A DNA stretch of 27,311 nucleotides from a virus (taxonomy: Duplodnaviria > Caudoviricetes): positions 1 through 27,311 of IMG/VR virus record IMGVR_UViG_3300045911_000549, one strand, 5' to 3'. Below the pieces are notes generated by a model. That model was not told the origin of the DNA, did not search any database, and worked only from the letters and a program-made list of their open reading frames with translations. Shown in pieces: positions 25,461 through 27,311 of this stretch (the stretch's first letter is position 1; each line of letters opens with the position of its first letter). A program made the translations under genes and the position numbers.

Positions 25461-26402
25461 ATGCTCTCTAAGCTTCGTGAACGAATTCTAACTATGTCTC
25501 CTTCCTTCCCGAAGGTCGATAGGGAGAAATGCGTAGTCGAAGGAGTAAAGATTCTCGGCACAACTGCCCGAGATGGCAGCCGAATCTATCCCCCCGATTT
25601 AATCAAAAGCTCTGCCCCCCGATTTGAGGGGAAGCCTTCCAATATCAACCACCAGATCGAAGGCCACCGTAAATTTGGGGATAGATTCGGCTGGATTACC
25701 GATGTCGTTGCCAAAGATGACGGCTTGTATGCTACCCTGCACTACAATCCCCATATTGAAGGGGTCGAAGCTTTTCTCTGGTGGTGCGAGAATAACCCTA
25801 ACGGGTGTGGCTTTTCAATTGATGCCTTGCTTCAATTCGATAGGCCCCCCAATCAGCCGGGTAGGGTCGTCCAAGAATTCATAGAGATTTTTTCTGTCGA
25901 TTTGGTAGCTGATCCCAACACAACCGAGGGGATTACCGAATCTTTCAACCGAGGTAATTACATGGAACCGAAAGACGTTGTCGCTGGGCCTGCCCAAGAA
26001 GCCGAAGAAATTGTCGAAGCCGAAGTCCCGACCCTTTCGGAACTTGTCGGGCAGATTATCGCAAAAGTCGCAGTCTCGTCAGAATACGACGAGATTGCCC
26101 GAAACAAGATCATCAAGACCTGTCAGGATCTTTTGACCTTAATCAAAGGGGACGGGGCAGCTCCAACGGATACAAGCAACGAAGAGGAAGTAACACAAGA
26201 AAGCTTTAATGTGAAGCTACTCGAAACCCTTTCAAAGCTGAACGATAAGATCGATAACGGCTTTGCCAGCCGAACGGTCGAAGGAAGCCCCAAGCCAGCC
26301 AATCCCCAGCCAAAAAGCTTGCCTCGAACCGATGCAATTGTTCCCCCTGCCCCTGCAAGCTATCCCACAGTCGATCAACTGTTCGGGGAAGCCCAAAAGT
26401 AA
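25461..26402 (+). CDS. Prohead protease / scaffold fusion
   Basis: VEGVKILG, RIYP, NINH, GFSIDA and SVDLVADP.TT are HK97-like protease motifs; acidic, Pro-rich C-terminal scaffold region. Confidence 0.8.
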   Translation: MLSKLRERILTMSPSFPKVDREKCVVEGVKILGTTARDGSRIYPPDLIKSSAPRFEGKPSNINHQIEGHRKFGDRFGWITDVVAKDDGLYATLHYNPHIEGVEAFLWWCENNPNGCGFSIDALLQFDRPPNQPGRVVQEFIEIFSVDLVADPNTTEGITESFNRGNYMEPKDVVAGPAQEAEEIVEAEVPTLSELVGQIIAKVAVSSEYDEIARNKIIKTCQDLLTLIKGDGAAPTDTSNEEEVTQESFNVKLLETLSKLNDKIDNGFASRTVEGSPKPANPQPKSLPRTDAIVPPAPASYPTVDQLFGEAQK

Positions 26403-26454
26403 AATTTTTTGTCTGAAAGGTTCTTTGATTTAATAACTCTTCGAGGGTTCAATT

Positions 26455-26931
26455 GTGGCTAACAGAATTATCAGTAACCCATGGACATTTCCCGTCACGG
26501 TTCCTGTCGCTACGGCAAAAGCCGTATCTATGGGGGATCTCGTCGGGCTTTCTTCCAATACGCTGGTGAAAGCTTCGGACACGGCTTGGGACACTGATTT
26601 GGCAACTACGCAAACGAATTTTGCTGCCCTTTTCTTGGGCTTTTCCAACTGCGATAAGCTGGCAGATGTTGCCCGGGTTGTCGGGCAGCCGAACAACAAC
26701 GAGATCACGGTGAACGTATCGGGCTGCATCGAATACGATGCAGCCCCCGGGACTTATACGATTGGGGCTTTTGTTGGACCAGCCAAGCAATCGGGTAACG
26801 CTTTGGAAGACCAAAAGGTCGTGCCTGTCGATTCCCTTACCAAAGCTATTGGTATCAGCCAGACCACTGGCACGAATCCCAGCAAGTGCGTCGTTTTGAT
26901 CTTATCTAAGCTGATGCCAACCGCTCGCTGA
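26455..26931 (+). CDS. Head decoration / capsid cement protein
   Basis: AVSMGDLVG...FLGFS...YTIGAFVGP...LEDQKVV...AIG; lies between the protease and the MCP. Confidence 0.65.
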   Translation: MANRIISNPWTFPVTVPVATAKAVSMGDLVGLSSNTLVKASDTAWDTDLATTQTNFAALFLGFSNCDKLADVARVVGQPNNNEITVNVSGCIEYDAAPGTYTIGAFVGPAKQSGNALEDQKVVPVDSLTKAIGISQTTGTNPSKCVVLILSKLMPTAR

Positions 26932-27000
26932 TAAGATTGGGTAAGAATTTCCGAAAGGCAATAGTCTTGGCAGACCTTCAACCTTTGGGAGATTTGGAAT

Positions 27001-27311
27001 ATGTTTGTGAAAGATTCGGGTCGCACCATTGGTGAAAAGGTGCGAGAAGTAATGAAAAGGCCAGATATGCCTTTTCATATTAAGGTTGAAAGAACCGTCG
27101 AAGCCTTCAACAAAGGCAAATTCGAGAAGTCTTTTCAAGAAATGTCTTTGGCAGGATTTGCTGAGGGGCTTCTGGGCTCCAATTGGCAGATGTACCTGTT
27201 GCAATTTTCGCACGGGGCCAACTCGGGGATGATGGATAAGAACGGGCAGACCTATTGGGGGCGGGCGCAAGAATCGGTCGTCGGTATCGATCCCTCAGCC
27301 TTTACCAACAT
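27001..27311 (+). CDS. Major capsid protein, N-terminal part (runs off the window)
   Basis: Open frame from ATG 27001 (GGAG RBS) to the window end, MFVKDSGRTIGEKV...QESVVGIDPSAFTN; expected position after the decoration gene. Confidence 0.7.
   Translation, partial: MFVKDSGRTIGEKVREVMKRPDMPFHIKVERTVEAFNKGKFEKSFQEMSLAGFAEGLLGSNWQMYLLQFSHGANSGMMDKNGQTYWGRAQESVVGIDPSAFTN

Overview
About 27 kb of a tailed-phage genome (HK97-type head, probably a long tail). The host is most likely a planctomycete, judged from Planctomycete-type cytochrome c proteins, a TIGR02996-like motif and Cys/Pro-rich secreted proteins. The window contains, in order: (1) the 3' part of a tape-measure-like gene and tail genes; (2) an XRE regulator; (3) an unusual exported cassette of a matrixin metalloprotease plus two CxxCH c-type cytochromes; (4) a minus-strand early/replication operon (DUF6948, DUF1064, DUF3987, YqaJ, AAA_24/Sak4-like); (5) an AT-rich control region; (6) a packaging/head module (deleted ParB-methylase, KTSC, TerS, TerL, portal, protease, decoration protein, start of the major capsid protein). 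No integrase or cas gene is visible. The most notable signal is a 36-bp type I-G-like CRISPR repeat (ATTTCCATGCTTGAATAAGCATGGCCGAATTGAAGC). It occurs in a repeat-spacer-repeat fragment at 1-85 that runs straight into the tape-measure gene, and again as a perfect solitary copy inside the early operon (15479-15514, minus strand), a candidate RNA anti-CRISPR. The solitary copy is followed by one of five tRNA-like T-loop elements that punctuate this operon. Several lesions (frameshifts, an internal deletion, a perfect 159-bp duplication) mean assembly artefacts or prophage decay must be considered. All family calls are from motif recognition, not database searches.
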